64,000 nt of DNA from Minisyncoccota bacterium (lineage in GTDB: Bacteria > Patescibacteriota > Minisyncoccia > UBA6257 > GWB1-50-10), in assembly GCA_020059585.1 (NCBI GenBank), contig JAGVBU010000012.1, positions 11,079 to 75,078 of the forward strand, written 5' to 3'. The notes under the pieces are model-generated. The model was not told where the DNA came from and ran no database searches. It worked only from the letters and a program-made list of their open reading frames with translations. Of the stretch, positions 8,350 through 17,477 are shown in pieces. Position 1 is the stretch's first letter; every line of letters begins with the position of its first letter. The translations under genes and the position numbers were made by a program.

Positions 8350-9861
8350 TGTTTTTTCCTTAATAGAAAAGCTTAAGGAGAATCCCACTGATCCATTCTC
8401 TAATTCTTTTATACTAAGAAGTGGAATTACTACATTTTCAAATTTTCCCGATTCGGAAAGCGTGTTTTTAAATGAAATCGCGGAAGTATTGTCGGGGGAA
8501 GTCGCGGACACGAGTATGAGCGCGTCAAGAGAGGAAACATCAATCCGTTCCACCACAATTTTATTCTGTGCGGCAACCGCGAGAAAATCCTCAAGAAACG
8601 CACGCCACGTGCCCGCATTATTGGAAGCGCCCTGCAACGCGCCCACAAGAGTGTTAAAATTATCCGCCTTACTTCTTAAAAGAGCGAGTTCTTCCTGATT
8701 TACTTGGGTTTTTGAAGAGATGATGCTTCCTTCTATTGAGCTTCTCTGCGTACGGAGAAATATATAGGAAGAAAAGAATAGTACAAAAAAGAATCCGAAC
8801 ACAATAATGAAAATATTTCTCCAAAGCCTGACAAAACTCACCGCATATTCTTCAAAAAACATATCAGCGGATGTTTCTTTATTCAGATTAATGTATTCTT
8901 CGGGTTTCCCTGAACGCATGACATCGCGCATCGCGGCGCCAAACGCGACATACCACACAGGAGACATCCCCTGCGCCGGCACTATAAGCGGCTCAATTGC
9001 AACCGAAAAATTCTCTCCTATAACTTTCTTTACCTCTTCTTCAAATCCCGGAGTGACAAGAAGCGTCGCCTCAATCTTCTCTTTGAATTTACTCATCGAG
9101 AAATTAATGACTTTCCGCACTTCCTCAACGATGACCTGATTGAACCGGTCGCGTGATATCTGGCTTTCTTCTCCCTGTATCGATCGCCACGAACGGAAAT
9201 AGTCGAAGTGTATCTTATTCTTTCTTACAATTGAGAGATTGATGCCATCACTTGATACTTGAAGCAAAAGTACGCTTTTATCTTTCGTGCGCGCCGATGT
9301 TGCGATGAGACGAGAAATAGAAAGCGAAGGAAACTCGAACGCAACCGGATAAAATCGCGACGCGATAAACGCATCTTTAATATCGTCGATAATCTGCGCC
9401 TCGATAAACGCCCCGAGAAGCTCATAGCGCTCGGGAGATTCACTGAGTATTTGCCAGCTCATATAGGAGGATGCGGGAGGAAGCGGAGAAATCATCTGAA
9501 GATTCAGCATCACGGACTCTTCAAGTTTTTCCTCTCCCACATTCGGAACATTGAAACTTTGGGTATATACAAGAGAACTTGGGAGTACGCCGACGACCTG
9601 AATAATTTGCGTTTCCTTTCCTGGAGCAATCGCCTCATGAAGCTGAGAGAGTATGTGTATAAACTGCCCCTTATCTTGAATGCGTCCGTCAACAACCACT
9701 CCCGGAGGAAATCGAAATGAATATGCCTTCGGCGATTTTCCCGAAACGCCTACATACTGTATTCCGATGTTACTTATCTGCAATCCACCGAGCTCGGGTC
9801 GGGAGCTTAACCGCTCGAGGAGATATGTCGCTTTTTTAAAAAGATTGAGATATTTATTCAT
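8344..9861 (-). CDS. Probable type IV pilus assembly PilM-PilN-like fusion protein (cytoplasmic actin-like domain, single TM, periplasmic tail)
   Basis: ~340-aa N-terminal actin-like region, one TM helix (NIFIIVFGFFFVLFFSSYIFL), ~135-aa C-terminal domain; adjacent TadE-like gene. Confidence 0.4.
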   Translation of the reverse strand: MNKYLNLFKKATYLLERLSSRPELGGLQISNIGIQYVGVSGKSPKAYSFRFPPGVVVDGRIQDKGQFIHILSQLHEAIAPGKETQIIQVVGVLPSSLVYTQSFNVPNVGEEKLEESVMLNLQMISPLPPASSYMSWQILSESPERYELLGAFIEAQIIDDIKDAFIASRFYPVAFEFPSLSISRLIATSARTKDKSVLLLQVSSDGINLSIVRKNKIHFDYFRSWRSIQGEESQISRDRFNQVIVEEVRKVINFSMSKFKEKIEATLLVTPGFEEEVKKVIGENFSVAIEPLIVPAQGMSPVWYVAFGAAMRDVMRSGKPEEYINLNKETSADMFFEEYAVSFVRLWRNIFIIVFGFFFVLFFSSYIFLRTQRSSIEGSIISSKTQVNQEELALLRSKADNFNTLVGALQGASNNAGTWRAFLEDFLAVAAQNKIVVERIDVSSLDALILVSATSPDNTSAISFKNTLSESGKFENVVIPLLSIKELENGSVGFSLSFSIKEKTL

Positions 9862-9874
9862 TGTGAAATAAAGA

Positions 9875-10357
9875 CTATTCTATCGCCTGCTCCTGTATCG
9901 ATTCGAGTTGTACACGTCCCGTCACCATATCGACAAGTAGTTGCGTTCCGAGCTTCTTCTGTCTACTTCCCGCGTAACCGACACTCTCAATGATATACGC
10001 GTATCTTCCGTTTTCGGTGTCCGTCGTCCTGCATATCATGACTTCCGCGGAATCGCTTCCAACAGCGAGAGAATATGTGTAAGGAGAGTCACAGGCATTT
10101 GAAACGAACTCCTTGTTTTGGGAAATTCTCATTATTCCATCTCTTGCTCCGGAATGCGCCGCGGCATTCGCGCGAACAGAAAGACGCTCTCCATATCCTG
10201 ACGTACTCAAAAAATAAGCAACAAATGATCCCGCAATAGCAATCTCAACAATGATGCCGCTTACTAGAAGAATAAAAGGAAGCGTCATCTGTCCTGATTC
10301 GTTTCGAGCACGCGTACGCATTAATGATATCATACCAAAAAAAAGAAGGGGGGGCAC
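9875..10357 (-). CDS. TadE-like / pseudopilin-like protein
   Basis: N-terminus ...RARNESGQMTLPFILLVSGIIVEIAIAG fits the TadE-like pattern (R..GQ..VEfAl + hydrophobic helix). Confidence 0.4.
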   Translation of the reverse strand: MPPLLFFGMISLMRTRARNESGQMTLPFILLVSGIIVEIAIAGSFVAYFLSTSGYGERLSVRANAAAHSGARDGIMRISQNKEFVSNACDSPYTYSLAVGSDSAEVMICRTTDTENGRYAYIIESVGYAGSRQKKLGTQLLVDMVTGRVQLESIQEQAIE

Positions 10358-10373
10358 CCTTCTTTTCCGGTCA

Positions 10374-10682
10374 TTATATCTCGGTGATAGTCACCGTTGC
10401 GTGTGTCTGACGATGTCCCTTGAGTTTTCGGTAGCGAGTTTTCGAATGAAATCTGAACACTATCTTTTTTTTATCTCTTTTTTCGCTCAGTATGGTGCCC
10501 GAAACCACGGCGCCGGAAATGTAGGGATCTCCAACTGAAATTTCTTTTCCGTCGCTTTTAAGAAGCACTTTTTCAAAGCTGACCGGTCCCTCCACCGCGC
10601 CAAGACGCTCGCAGAGAATAGTATCCCCTTTCGATACTATATATTGTTTTCCCCCCGTTTCTATAATTGCAAAGCTTTTCAT
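10374..10682 (-). CDS. rplU: 50S ribosomal protein L21
   Basis: MKSFAIIETGGKQYIVSKGDTI matches the L21 N-terminus. Confidence 0.9.
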   Translation of the reverse strand: MKSFAIIETGGKQYIVSKGDTILCERLGAVEGPVSFEKVLLKSDGKEISVGDPYISGAVVSGTILSEKRDKKKIVFRFHSKTRYRKLKGHRQTHATVTITEI

Positions 10683-10734
10683 AACGAGCTAAGAATAGCG
10701 TATCGAATTATAAAAGACAAGCCCGCAAAACAAA

Positions 10735-10770
10735 AACTCCGCCGTGATGGATTTCATTCGGCGGAGTTTC
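10735..10770. terminator. Hairpin terminator (aactccgccg...cggcggagtt) flanked by A/T runs
   Basis: 10-bp perfect stem between two minus-strand genes. Confidence 0.45.
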
Positions 10771-10782
10771 TAAAAAACACTA

Positions 10783-11475
10783 TTACTCGACGTGATCTCT
10801 GAACTTCGAGATAAGATGCCCCGCATATTCCTTTCCGCCGAGACCAAACGCGATACCTCCCGCAATGGCAAGCATCGCGACGAATCCCGTAACAAGCGCG
10901 TTGATAATCGCCACGGCGACACCAAGCTGGGAAAGCGACGCAAAAAATCCGAAGACGACCACCGCCCACCACGTAAGCGACCCTAAAAATTTCGCCGCGT
11001 GGAGTTTCGCACCCGTTACTGACGCCTGCACGATGCGCTTCAATACGTTCGCAATAACAACCGCTGCGAGCAATATAAGCACCGCGACGACGACGTTCGG
11101 AATATAGAGCAACGTCTCCTTAAGGAACGTTGAAAGCGAATAAAACCCGAGAATGTCCGATGCCGCCAATAAAAACACAACGACAAAGAACCAATACACT
11201 ATTTTCCCGAAAAATTTCGCGCTATTCAACGCAATCCCCGCCCTATTGAAATATTCCTGAAATCCGAGGTTCGCGAGCGCTTTGTCGAGCTTCACTGCCT
11301 GTATCACGCGTTCGATAAGTGCTCCGAGACCCGCTGCAATCACGAGACCGATAAGAAGCACAATAAGCGCTCCTATAATACTCCCGATGGTTCCCATGAC
11401 GCCAAACCAGAGATTCTGGAGCGACCCCACGACGACCGATGTCCAATCTTGAATCATTTTTATTTTTTCATACAA
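10783..11475 (-). CDS. Conserved multi-pass membrane protein (possible small mechanosensitive-channel-like protein)
   Basis: Highly hydrophobic 230-aa protein with ~6 TM segments; the family assignment is tentative. Confidence 0.4.
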   Translation of the reverse strand: MYEKIKMIQDWTSVVVGSLQNLWFGVMGTIGSIIGALIVLLIGLVIAAGLGALIERVIQAVKLDKALANLGFQEYFNRAGIALNSAKFFGKIVYWFFVVVFLLAASDILGFYSLSTFLKETLLYIPNVVVAVLILLAAVVIANVLKRIVQASVTGAKLHAAKFLGSLTWWAVVVFGFFASLSQLGVAVAIINALVTGFVAMLAIAGGIAFGLGGKEYAGHLISKFRDHVE

Positions 11476-11524
11476 TACAAAATCGACCTTTTGACTGACT
11501 ATGCTTTAATTATAACAGAAATAT

Positions 11525-12232
11525 ATGAAACTTAAATCAAATCTCCACATGCACGTCGCGGGAGACCCTGAAGATACAATCACGTATACACTGCGCGAAG
11601 CGATAGATATTGCCCAAAAGCTAGGATTTTCCGTACTTGCCGTGACTCCCCACAACGCTCGCATCGGCGATGCTTCAGACATTGCCTACGCCGCGGCGCG
11701 CGGGATTCTCCTTATTCTCGGCATTGAACGGACGATAGAAAAAGCACACGTCCTAATTTTGAACGTTTCACCGGAGGCAGACGCAATACGGACATTTGAA
11801 GACCTTGCTCAATATAAGGAAGGACACCCGGAAAGCTTCATTATCGCGCCTCATCCGTTCTTTCCCGCCGGTTATGCCCTCGGGAAAAAGTTTTTCCGCA
11901 ACCGCCATCTTTTCGACGCAATAGAATTCTCTTGGTTCTTTTCAAAAACAGTAAATTGCAATATCAAAGCGGAATATACCGCAAAAACGTACGCGCTTCC
12001 GTATATCGCGACATCGGACACTCATAATATAGATTTCCTCGATTCGGGATACGCGATCATAGATGCGGATGAGAAAAACACCGAAAAAGTATTCGATGCT
12101 ATAAGAAACCACGCGTTCCATAATGTATGTCTGCCGAAAAAAAATAGTACGCTCGTAAAATATATGCTGGGACGCTACGCGACACAGTTATACGGACTTC
12201 TAAAGAAAAATCTCTTACTGAAGCGAAAATGA
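11525..12232 (+). CDS. PHP-domain metal-dependent phosphoesterase
   Basis: N-terminal HMH (LHMHVAGD) and SDTHN motifs of the PHP fold. Confidence 0.7.
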   Translation: MKLKSNLHMHVAGDPEDTITYTLREAIDIAQKLGFSVLAVTPHNARIGDASDIAYAAARGILLILGIERTIEKAHVLILNVSPEADAIRTFEDLAQYKEGHPESFIIAPHPFFPAGYALGKKFFRNRHLFDAIEFSWFFSKTVNCNIKAEYTAKTYALPYIATSDTHNIDFLDSGYAIIDADEKNTEKVFDAIRNHAFHNVCLPKKNSTLVKYMLGRYATQLYGLLKKNLLLKRK

Positions 12233-12982
12233 GGCACGCACTACCGCGGTAACCTTTTTCTCTATCGAGTTTGTGTCATAAAAACCATAATCGGAAAAAT
12301 CAACCGAATTTTTTGCGGTTACCTGAAAAACCCCCATTGTCGCCGACTGGAGAAATCCGATAGAAGCACCAGTACTCTCGGCGATTTTTTCCGCGCGTAA
12401 CTTCGCGTTCTGTGTCGCCTCGGAAAGCATCTCGATTCGAAGTTCGGAAAGCTTGTTGTAATAATATTCAACATTCTGGCTTGAGAAAAATACTCCCTTC
12501 TCGATAAGCGCGTCAGACGCTTCCTGCGTGAGTTTCGTTATCCTGTCTACGTCAGATGATTGGATAATTACCTCCTGACGCAACGCATACCCAGTAGTGC
12601 GAGTACAGTTCTGATTTCCTGATTTGTCGTAAAAGATATTCTGCTGGCTTTCGCAGATTGGGCTTGTCGCGACCGGCTGCGCACTAATATCGGATTCAGG
12701 AATTCCCGCGGCAATAAAATACGCGCGGACGATCTCGAGATCGCGTTTCATATCAGCGCTTCCTGATCGAAGGTCGTCAATCGAAACGCTTCTTGAAAAT
12801 CCGCTCACCCACTTTACCGTGTCAGATTTTACAAGCTTATCGGCTGATCCCGTAACGGATATGACATTCGCAAGCGACTTAATGTTATACATTGTAAACG
12901 CCACGACGCTCGTTCCAATAACAATACTCAACCCAATAATAAGCGCGGCAAGCGCGATATGATTTTTTTGTGCGTGTTCCAT
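12215..12982 (-). CDS. SIMPL/DUF541-like periplasmic protein (YggE-like)
   Basis: N-terminal TM/signal anchor; SIMPL-like blocks (ISVTGSADKLVKSDTV...). Confidence 0.45.
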   Translation of the reverse strand: MEHAQKNHIALAALIIGLSIVIGTSVVAFTMYNIKSLANVISVTGSADKLVKSDTVKWVSGFSRSVSIDDLRSGSADMKRDLEIVRAYFIAAGIPESDISAQPVATSPICESQQNIFYDKSGNQNCTRTTGYALRQEVIIQSSDVDRITKLTQEASDALIEKGVFFSSQNVEYYYNKLSELRIEMLSEATQNAKLRAEKIAESTGASIGFLQSATMGVFQVTAKNSVDFSDYGFYDTNSIEKKVTAVVRASFSLQ

Positions 12983-13023
12983 ATCACAAGAATATCACGA
13001 AAAACAAATGTGAAACATACGCT

Positions 13024-14730
13024 CTATACACGATCAAGAGATTGCATAAGAGCGATGTCGTTTTCTTTCAACGTCTCAAGTATCTCCATCTTTGGATCAA
13101 GTCCTATGGTCTTTCCAAGGTACTGCCCCGAAGTGAAGTGAGGAAGAAGCACATAATCGGCCCCGCGGTCATAAAGCTCCTTCGCGTCCATTTCGGTATC
13201 GGCGCGAACCACAATCTTCGGCCGGACATCATCTGGAAGGGAAAGCCGAGAAAGAAGCATAATCCCATCTTCAATATCGGGACTCGTCGAGATAATAAGA
13301 CGAGCCTCCTTGAGATGCACCGTCTCGAATATTTCCTCATCGGCAATGTCGCCATAAAGGACGGGATATCCTTTTGCTTTTATTTTTCGTATTGCTTCGG
13401 GATCGAAATCGATAACAAACACATCGTTCCGCGGCAACCCCGAAAGGATACTCTCCCCCGTTCTTCCGCATCCGATGAGTATGATGGGCTTTTTCGCGCT
13501 CCCATCCGAGATCTCGGTTTCTTTCGTGTGCTTTCGTTCAAAGAGCGAGAGCGCTTTCGATAATATCTTGAATAATGCCTCCCCGTGCATAATGAGATAT
13601 GACGAGAGCGCGATCGTAATAAGTCCCACCGCGGTCACGATTGCGACAACGCTATCGGTAATGTGTCCAAGTTTTAATCCCATCGCGACAACCACAAGAC
13701 TGAACTCTGATATCTGCGCGACGGTAAGTCCCGTAAGAAAACTCGTTCGCTTCCGATATCCCATAACCCCCATAATAATGAGAACAATGATTGGATTTCC
13801 TATGAGCACGAAGAGCGAGAAGATAATGATGGGCATCGTAAGACCGGAAAAATTCGAAAAGACAACCGACGCGCCGAGAATAACAAAGAAGATGAGAATA
13901 AAAAAATCACGAAGCGGTCGGAGCTTGTAAGATATTTCGAAATGTTCTGATGAATTCGCAAGCGCGAGTCCGGCAAGAAATCCCGCAATCTCGATCGAAA
14001 ATCCGATCTTTGAAACAACCGCGGCAAGGAGAAAAAGCCACGCGAGACTCGTGAGAAAAAGAAGCTCCTGCGACCGGGCAATCTTGTCGAATATCATTGG
14101 GAATATTTTCCTCCCAAGAAAAAGCATAAGCGCGAAAAGAACCGCCGCCTTAAGAAGAGTGCTGATAACATTCCACCACACTCCATCACTCCCCGTCCCC
14201 ATGCCCGCGAGGAGGATAAGAAGGACAATCGCGACAATATCCTGAACAAGAAGAAATCCCACGCTGATCTTCCCGTAAAGACTGTGTATTTCTCGCTTAT
14301 CAGAGAGGAGTTTCACGATAATGATAGTGCTCGAAAACGTGAGCGCGACCGCAATGTAAAGCGCGGGCACGAGAGAGAATCCGAATGCGCTTGCGATAAG
14401 GTATCCGAAAAGCGCCGTAAACACGATCTGTCCAAGACCGACGAGAATAGACGCCTTCCCCACAAGACGCAGTGACGTATAGTTGATTTCGAGTCCCACA
14501 AGAAAGAGAAGGAGCATGATTCCGAGATCGGAAAATACGGTAAAAAGCTCCTTATCCCCAAGATTCAGGAATCCGAAGTAGCCGATAAGCATGCCAGTCG
14601 CGAGATACGCGAGAATAACCGGCTGGCGGAATAATTTCGCGGCAATACCGAGCGCGGCGGCGACGAGGATTACTATCGCAAGTTCAAATAAACTTCCTGT
14701 CATAATGTTTGGTGTGCATTCATCATACAA
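13024..14730 (-). CDS. Kef-type cation:proton antiporter with a C-terminal TrkA-N (RCK) domain
   Basis: Na+/H+ exchanger membrane domain followed by IILIGCGRTGESI (Rossmann GxGxxG). Confidence 0.85.
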   Translation of the reverse strand: MYDECTPNIMTGSLFELAIVILVAAALGIAAKLFRQPVILAYLATGMLIGYFGFLNLGDKELFTVFSDLGIMLLLFLVGLEINYTSLRLVGKASILVGLGQIVFTALFGYLIASAFGFSLVPALYIAVALTFSSTIIIVKLLSDKREIHSLYGKISVGFLLVQDIVAIVLLILLAGMGTGSDGVWWNVISTLLKAAVLFALMLFLGRKIFPMIFDKIARSQELLFLTSLAWLFLLAAVVSKIGFSIEIAGFLAGLALANSSEHFEISYKLRPLRDFFILIFFVILGASVVFSNFSGLTMPIIIFSLFVLIGNPIIVLIIMGVMGYRKRTSFLTGLTVAQISEFSLVVVAMGLKLGHITDSVVAIVTAVGLITIALSSYLIMHGEALFKILSKALSLFERKHTKETEISDGSAKKPIILIGCGRTGESILSGLPRNDVFVIDFDPEAIRKIKAKGYPVLYGDIADEEIFETVHLKEARLIISTSPDIEDGIMLLSRLSLPDDVRPKIVVRADTEMDAKELYDRGADYVLLPHFTSGQYLGKTIGLDPKMEILETLKENDIALMQSLDRV

Positions 14731-14739
14731 TTTTTCCCG

Positions 14740-15057
14740 ATGAACCAGAAGAGGTATACTATGAATATGAAGGATAAAAACATCTCCATACTTCTCATCG
14801 CGATTGCTGTGTTTGTTGTGCTCTTTTTCGGATTACAAATGCTATTTCCGGGAAAAGAGGCTGGCGCGCCGACAACGCAAGAAACTCCAACGCTATCTTC
14901 CGAACAATGCACCGCGCTCGGAGGAGATGTTATCAACAGCCTCAACGAGGAGAACGTCTACGCGCCAAGTGATATTTTAGGTGAAGTAGAGGGGTTGAGA
15001 TGCCCATGCCTCTGTATCCGAAGGCAAAACAATTCGGAAATGTTCCTCTCTGATTAG
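14740..15057 (+). CDS. Small secreted/membrane-anchored hypothetical protein
   Basis: N-terminal signal-anchor helix. Confidence 0.3.
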   Translation: MNQKRYTMNMKDKNISILLIAIAVFVVLFFGLQMLFPGKEAGAPTTQETPTLSSEQCTALGGDVINSLNEENVYAPSDILGEVEGLRCPCLCIRRQNNSEMFLSD

Positions 15058-15073
15058 AAATAAAAACCGGAGA

Positions 15074-15568
15074 TTACTCCGGTTTCTTGTTTTTCAATAT
15101 AAGTTCATACGCCTCCTGACGCGAGATGATCTTTGTGCGGATGCCGTTCCTTATTCCCATTCCCTTCAGAAATATTGCCGAGTCCTGCACCTCATAGACG
15201 ATATTCTTCGCAACAATGATCCACGCCCGCGTAGCAACATAATGTTTTCCAGGAACTTTTCCCTTTCCAACTTTCTTGGGATTTCTTTTGTGCGCCTCCT
15301 CGATCGTCTTTTCCCATGAATCACTTTCATAGAGAATGATAAAAAGTTCTCCGTCGAGAAGCTCATTCCTCAGTCTCTCGATGTGCGTTCCGGCAAGATC
15401 CCCGCGTCCGAGCTCTTCGCCGTTCTCATTGTACCAACCCGCGTTTTTCGCGAACCGGAAGTCTCTCGGGACTATCGCCCCAAAAGAAATACCAAAAAGG
15501 TTACTTGGTTTTTTCTTTCTGTTCCATTCGTACAATCCCTTCGTGAGACGGCTCGTTGTCTTTTTCAT
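15074..15568 (-). CDS. Hypothetical protein
   Basis: 164-aa ORF with no recognisable motif. Confidence 0.35.
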   Translation of the reverse strand: MKKTTSRLTKGLYEWNRKKKPSNLFGISFGAIVPRDFRFAKNAGWYNENGEELGRGDLAGTHIERLRNELLDGELFIILYESDSWEKTIEEAHKRNPKKVGKGKVPGKHYVATRAWIIVAKNIVYEVQDSAIFLKGMGIRNGIRTKIISRQEAYELILKNKKPE

Positions 15569-15720
15569 GAGTACTCTCCATTTTTAGTTTCTGGTTTTGT
15601 TATACAGAAATAAGAAAAATAAAGCAAAAGTCCCAAGCGGCATTAACCACAAGGGACTTTGAATCGAACCAAGCGAACTTGGTAATAAATATTTAATTTA
15701 GAAAACGAAGCGTTGATTTA

Positions 15721-16284
15721 TTATCGGCTCGCGCGAGGGCGAACGAATAATATATACATCATAATACTCTCAACCACGAAGAATGTGATTGGTTGTGCGG
15801 CGTCTTCTAGAGTCCAACGCGGGATTGCGATAACCGCGCACACGCACGAAATCCAGAAAATCATCCACGCCAATTTATTCTCGCGACTTGGATCTTTCCA
15901 CGCTGATGTAAATGTGGGAACAGAACCAATAAATACAACTCCTAGGCTCGTCATGATGCCGAAGATAGGATCACTGAATACCTGCCAAAGCACGATCCCG
16001 AGAACGGCGCCTGCGAGACAAAACTTATCCAATGTCGTCCATCCCGGAACCCCATATTTCAAAGCAAGTATTGCGACTACCCACGCACCAAGGATGGCGC
16101 CAAGGATCTGACCATTAATCGCATCTTTGAAAAACATTCCAGCAAGAGTGATCGTGTCTAAGGTCGCCCAAATGAGCCACGACGCTCTCGCGGGTTTCGT
16201 CTCTTTCCGCAAGATGGCGCGGATATAAGGGACGAAAGCAGCAACGAACAGCAGTCCAGCAAGAATAGAAAATATCTCTTTCAC
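15721..16284 (-). CDS. Hypothetical integral membrane protein
   Basis: ~6 TM segments. Confidence 0.4.
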   Translation of the reverse strand: MKEIFSILAGLLFVAAFVPYIRAILRKETKPARASWLIWATLDTITLAGMFFKDAINGQILGAILGAWVVAILALKYGVPGWTTLDKFCLAGAVLGIVLWQVFSDPIFGIMTSLGVVFIGSVPTFTSAWKDPSRENKLAWMIFWISCVCAVIAIPRWTLEDAAQPITFFVVESIMMYILFVRPRASR

Positions 16285-16430
16285 CGCATCCTCCTTTTGG
16301 TTTGAGATTCGTTTAAAAATTTACAAAGAACTCGAATAAAAATTGACCTATATGCAACTCAATTCTTATGAGAATAGTGTAGCAGATTTTCTCTATTTTG
16401 TCAATATTCTCGGTATAAGAATCTTATTGA

Positions 16431-16459
16431 AAAAATCCACCGAACTGGTGGAGTTTTTT
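16431..16459. terminator. Bidirectional rho-independent terminator (aaaaa-tccacc-gaact-ggtgga-gtttttt)
   Basis: Perfect 6-bp stem with an A-run on the 5' side and a T-run on the 3' side. Confidence 0.6.
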
Positions 16460-16465
16460 ATCATG

Positions 16466-16621
16466 TGGACCTAGGCAGAATCTCACGTCGTCCCTCAACT
16501 TCGTTCGGGACTCTTTAGACACCTCTCGGTTTCTAACGTCCCGATTAGTATCGGGACTGTCTTCCTACACGGGAAAACTTCCGTTTTCCCGACCCCTTTC
16601 CCGTTCGATTCTGCCTAAAAC
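16466..16621 (-). ncRNA. ~155-nt structured element downstream of tRNA-Ala; it ends with a 17-nt copy of the tRNA-Ala 3' end (GATTCTGCCTAGGTCCA) followed by the terminator
   Basis: A 33-nt imperfect direct repeat (g[ga]agtttt[tt/c]at[ct]atgtggacctaggcagaatc) is present at 16450-16482 and 16650-16682. The element contains the perfect hairpins GTCCCGAT-ACTA-ATCGGGAC and GGGAAAAC-GGAA-GTTTTCCC. It has no ORF. Calling it ncRNA is speculative. Confidence 0.4.
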
Positions 16622-16665
16622 CAAAACGAAAACTTCCGCTATATTTAACGGAAGTTTTCATTATG

Positions 16666-16736
16666 TGGACCTAGGCAGAATCGAACTGCCGTCTCGGCAA
16701 TGCGAATGCCGCGTTCTACCACTGAACCATAGGCCC
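16666..16736 (-). tRNA. tRNA-Ala (anticodon CGC)
   Basis: Reverse complement is GGGCCTA-TG-GTTC-AGTGGTA-GAAC-G-CGGCA-TTCGCAT-TGCCG-AGAC-GGCAG-TTCGATT-CTGCC-TAGGTCC-A. G3:U70 identity pair present. Confidence 0.85.
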
Positions 16737-16754
16737 ATTTTTTCTTTTTCTATT

Positions 16755-17477
16755 CTAAACAACCCTGAGAATTTTTGCCACCGCGTCCGATTTTCGAATG
16801 ACTGCCTCATCCCCTTCATCAAGGGTGATGCGTTCTTCGCGGTTATCAACATACACAATTGCGGGACCACGCGCAATCCGAACGCGAACCATCGAATCCT
16901 CCTTTACCACGACATGATCGGATTGCTCCGTACTGTTATTGAACGCAATCCCCATTCCAAGCTCAAAATAACTGTCTGTGATAGAGCGGTAATATCCAGT
17001 CGAACCAAAAGGTGTAGCAACCACTATGCCGTCACCAATGATCTCGTGCCCCACTTTTTTTTCATTTATAAAAAGTTCGTAGCGTATGGCGTGGCGCGGA
17101 TCCGCATTATGCACCGTAATATCGTTCATTCCATTTATGGAATTTCCCTTCGCGCGCACTTCCAGTTTCCAATATTCTTCTATTTTGTATTCTCCCTTCG
17201 CTACGCGATCCAAAACCTGCTCATTTGTACATGCATGACAGAGCTTGCAGATCATGCTTCCGCGAAGGGGTAGTTTTGGCACATTGGGGAATGCTTGTTC
17301 CGCGCGCATCAGTGTCCCATCGCCGCCGTAACTCACTATAATTTCAGGATCCCGATCCACGATTTCAAATCCGTATCCTTCAAGAAGTTTTTTTATATCT
17401 CCCTCTTTGGCTCCGTTAAATACCAACGCTTTCATATGTATCAATGATATCACTGTTCCCGTTCTTCTTACGCGCAA
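16755..17477 (-). CDS. nadK: NAD+ kinase
   Basis: YGGDGTLMRAEQ (GGDGT motif). Confidence 0.8.
   Translation of the reverse strand: MRVRRTGTVISLIHMKALVFNGAKEGDIKKLLEGYGFEIVDRDPEIIVSYGGDGTLMRAEQAFPNVPKLPLRGSMICKLCHACTNEQVLDRVAKGEYKIEEYWKLEVRAKGNSINGMNDITVHNADPRHAIRYELFINEKKVGHEIIGDGIVVATPFGSTGYYRSITDSYFELGMGIAFNNSTEQSDHVVVKEDSMVRVRIARGPAIVYVDNREERITLDEGDEAVIRKSDAVAKILRVV

Noticed and set aside
16466-16621. Considered whether the tRNA-Ala-like 3' end plus a GGCAGAATCGAACGGG 5' end could be a small or permuted tmRNA
   Set aside because: A canonical full-length tmRNA with the GGGG...TCGAC 5' end, tag ORF and tRNA-like 3' end is present at 54103-54423 next to smpB. This element is too short (155 nt) and has no tag reading frame.
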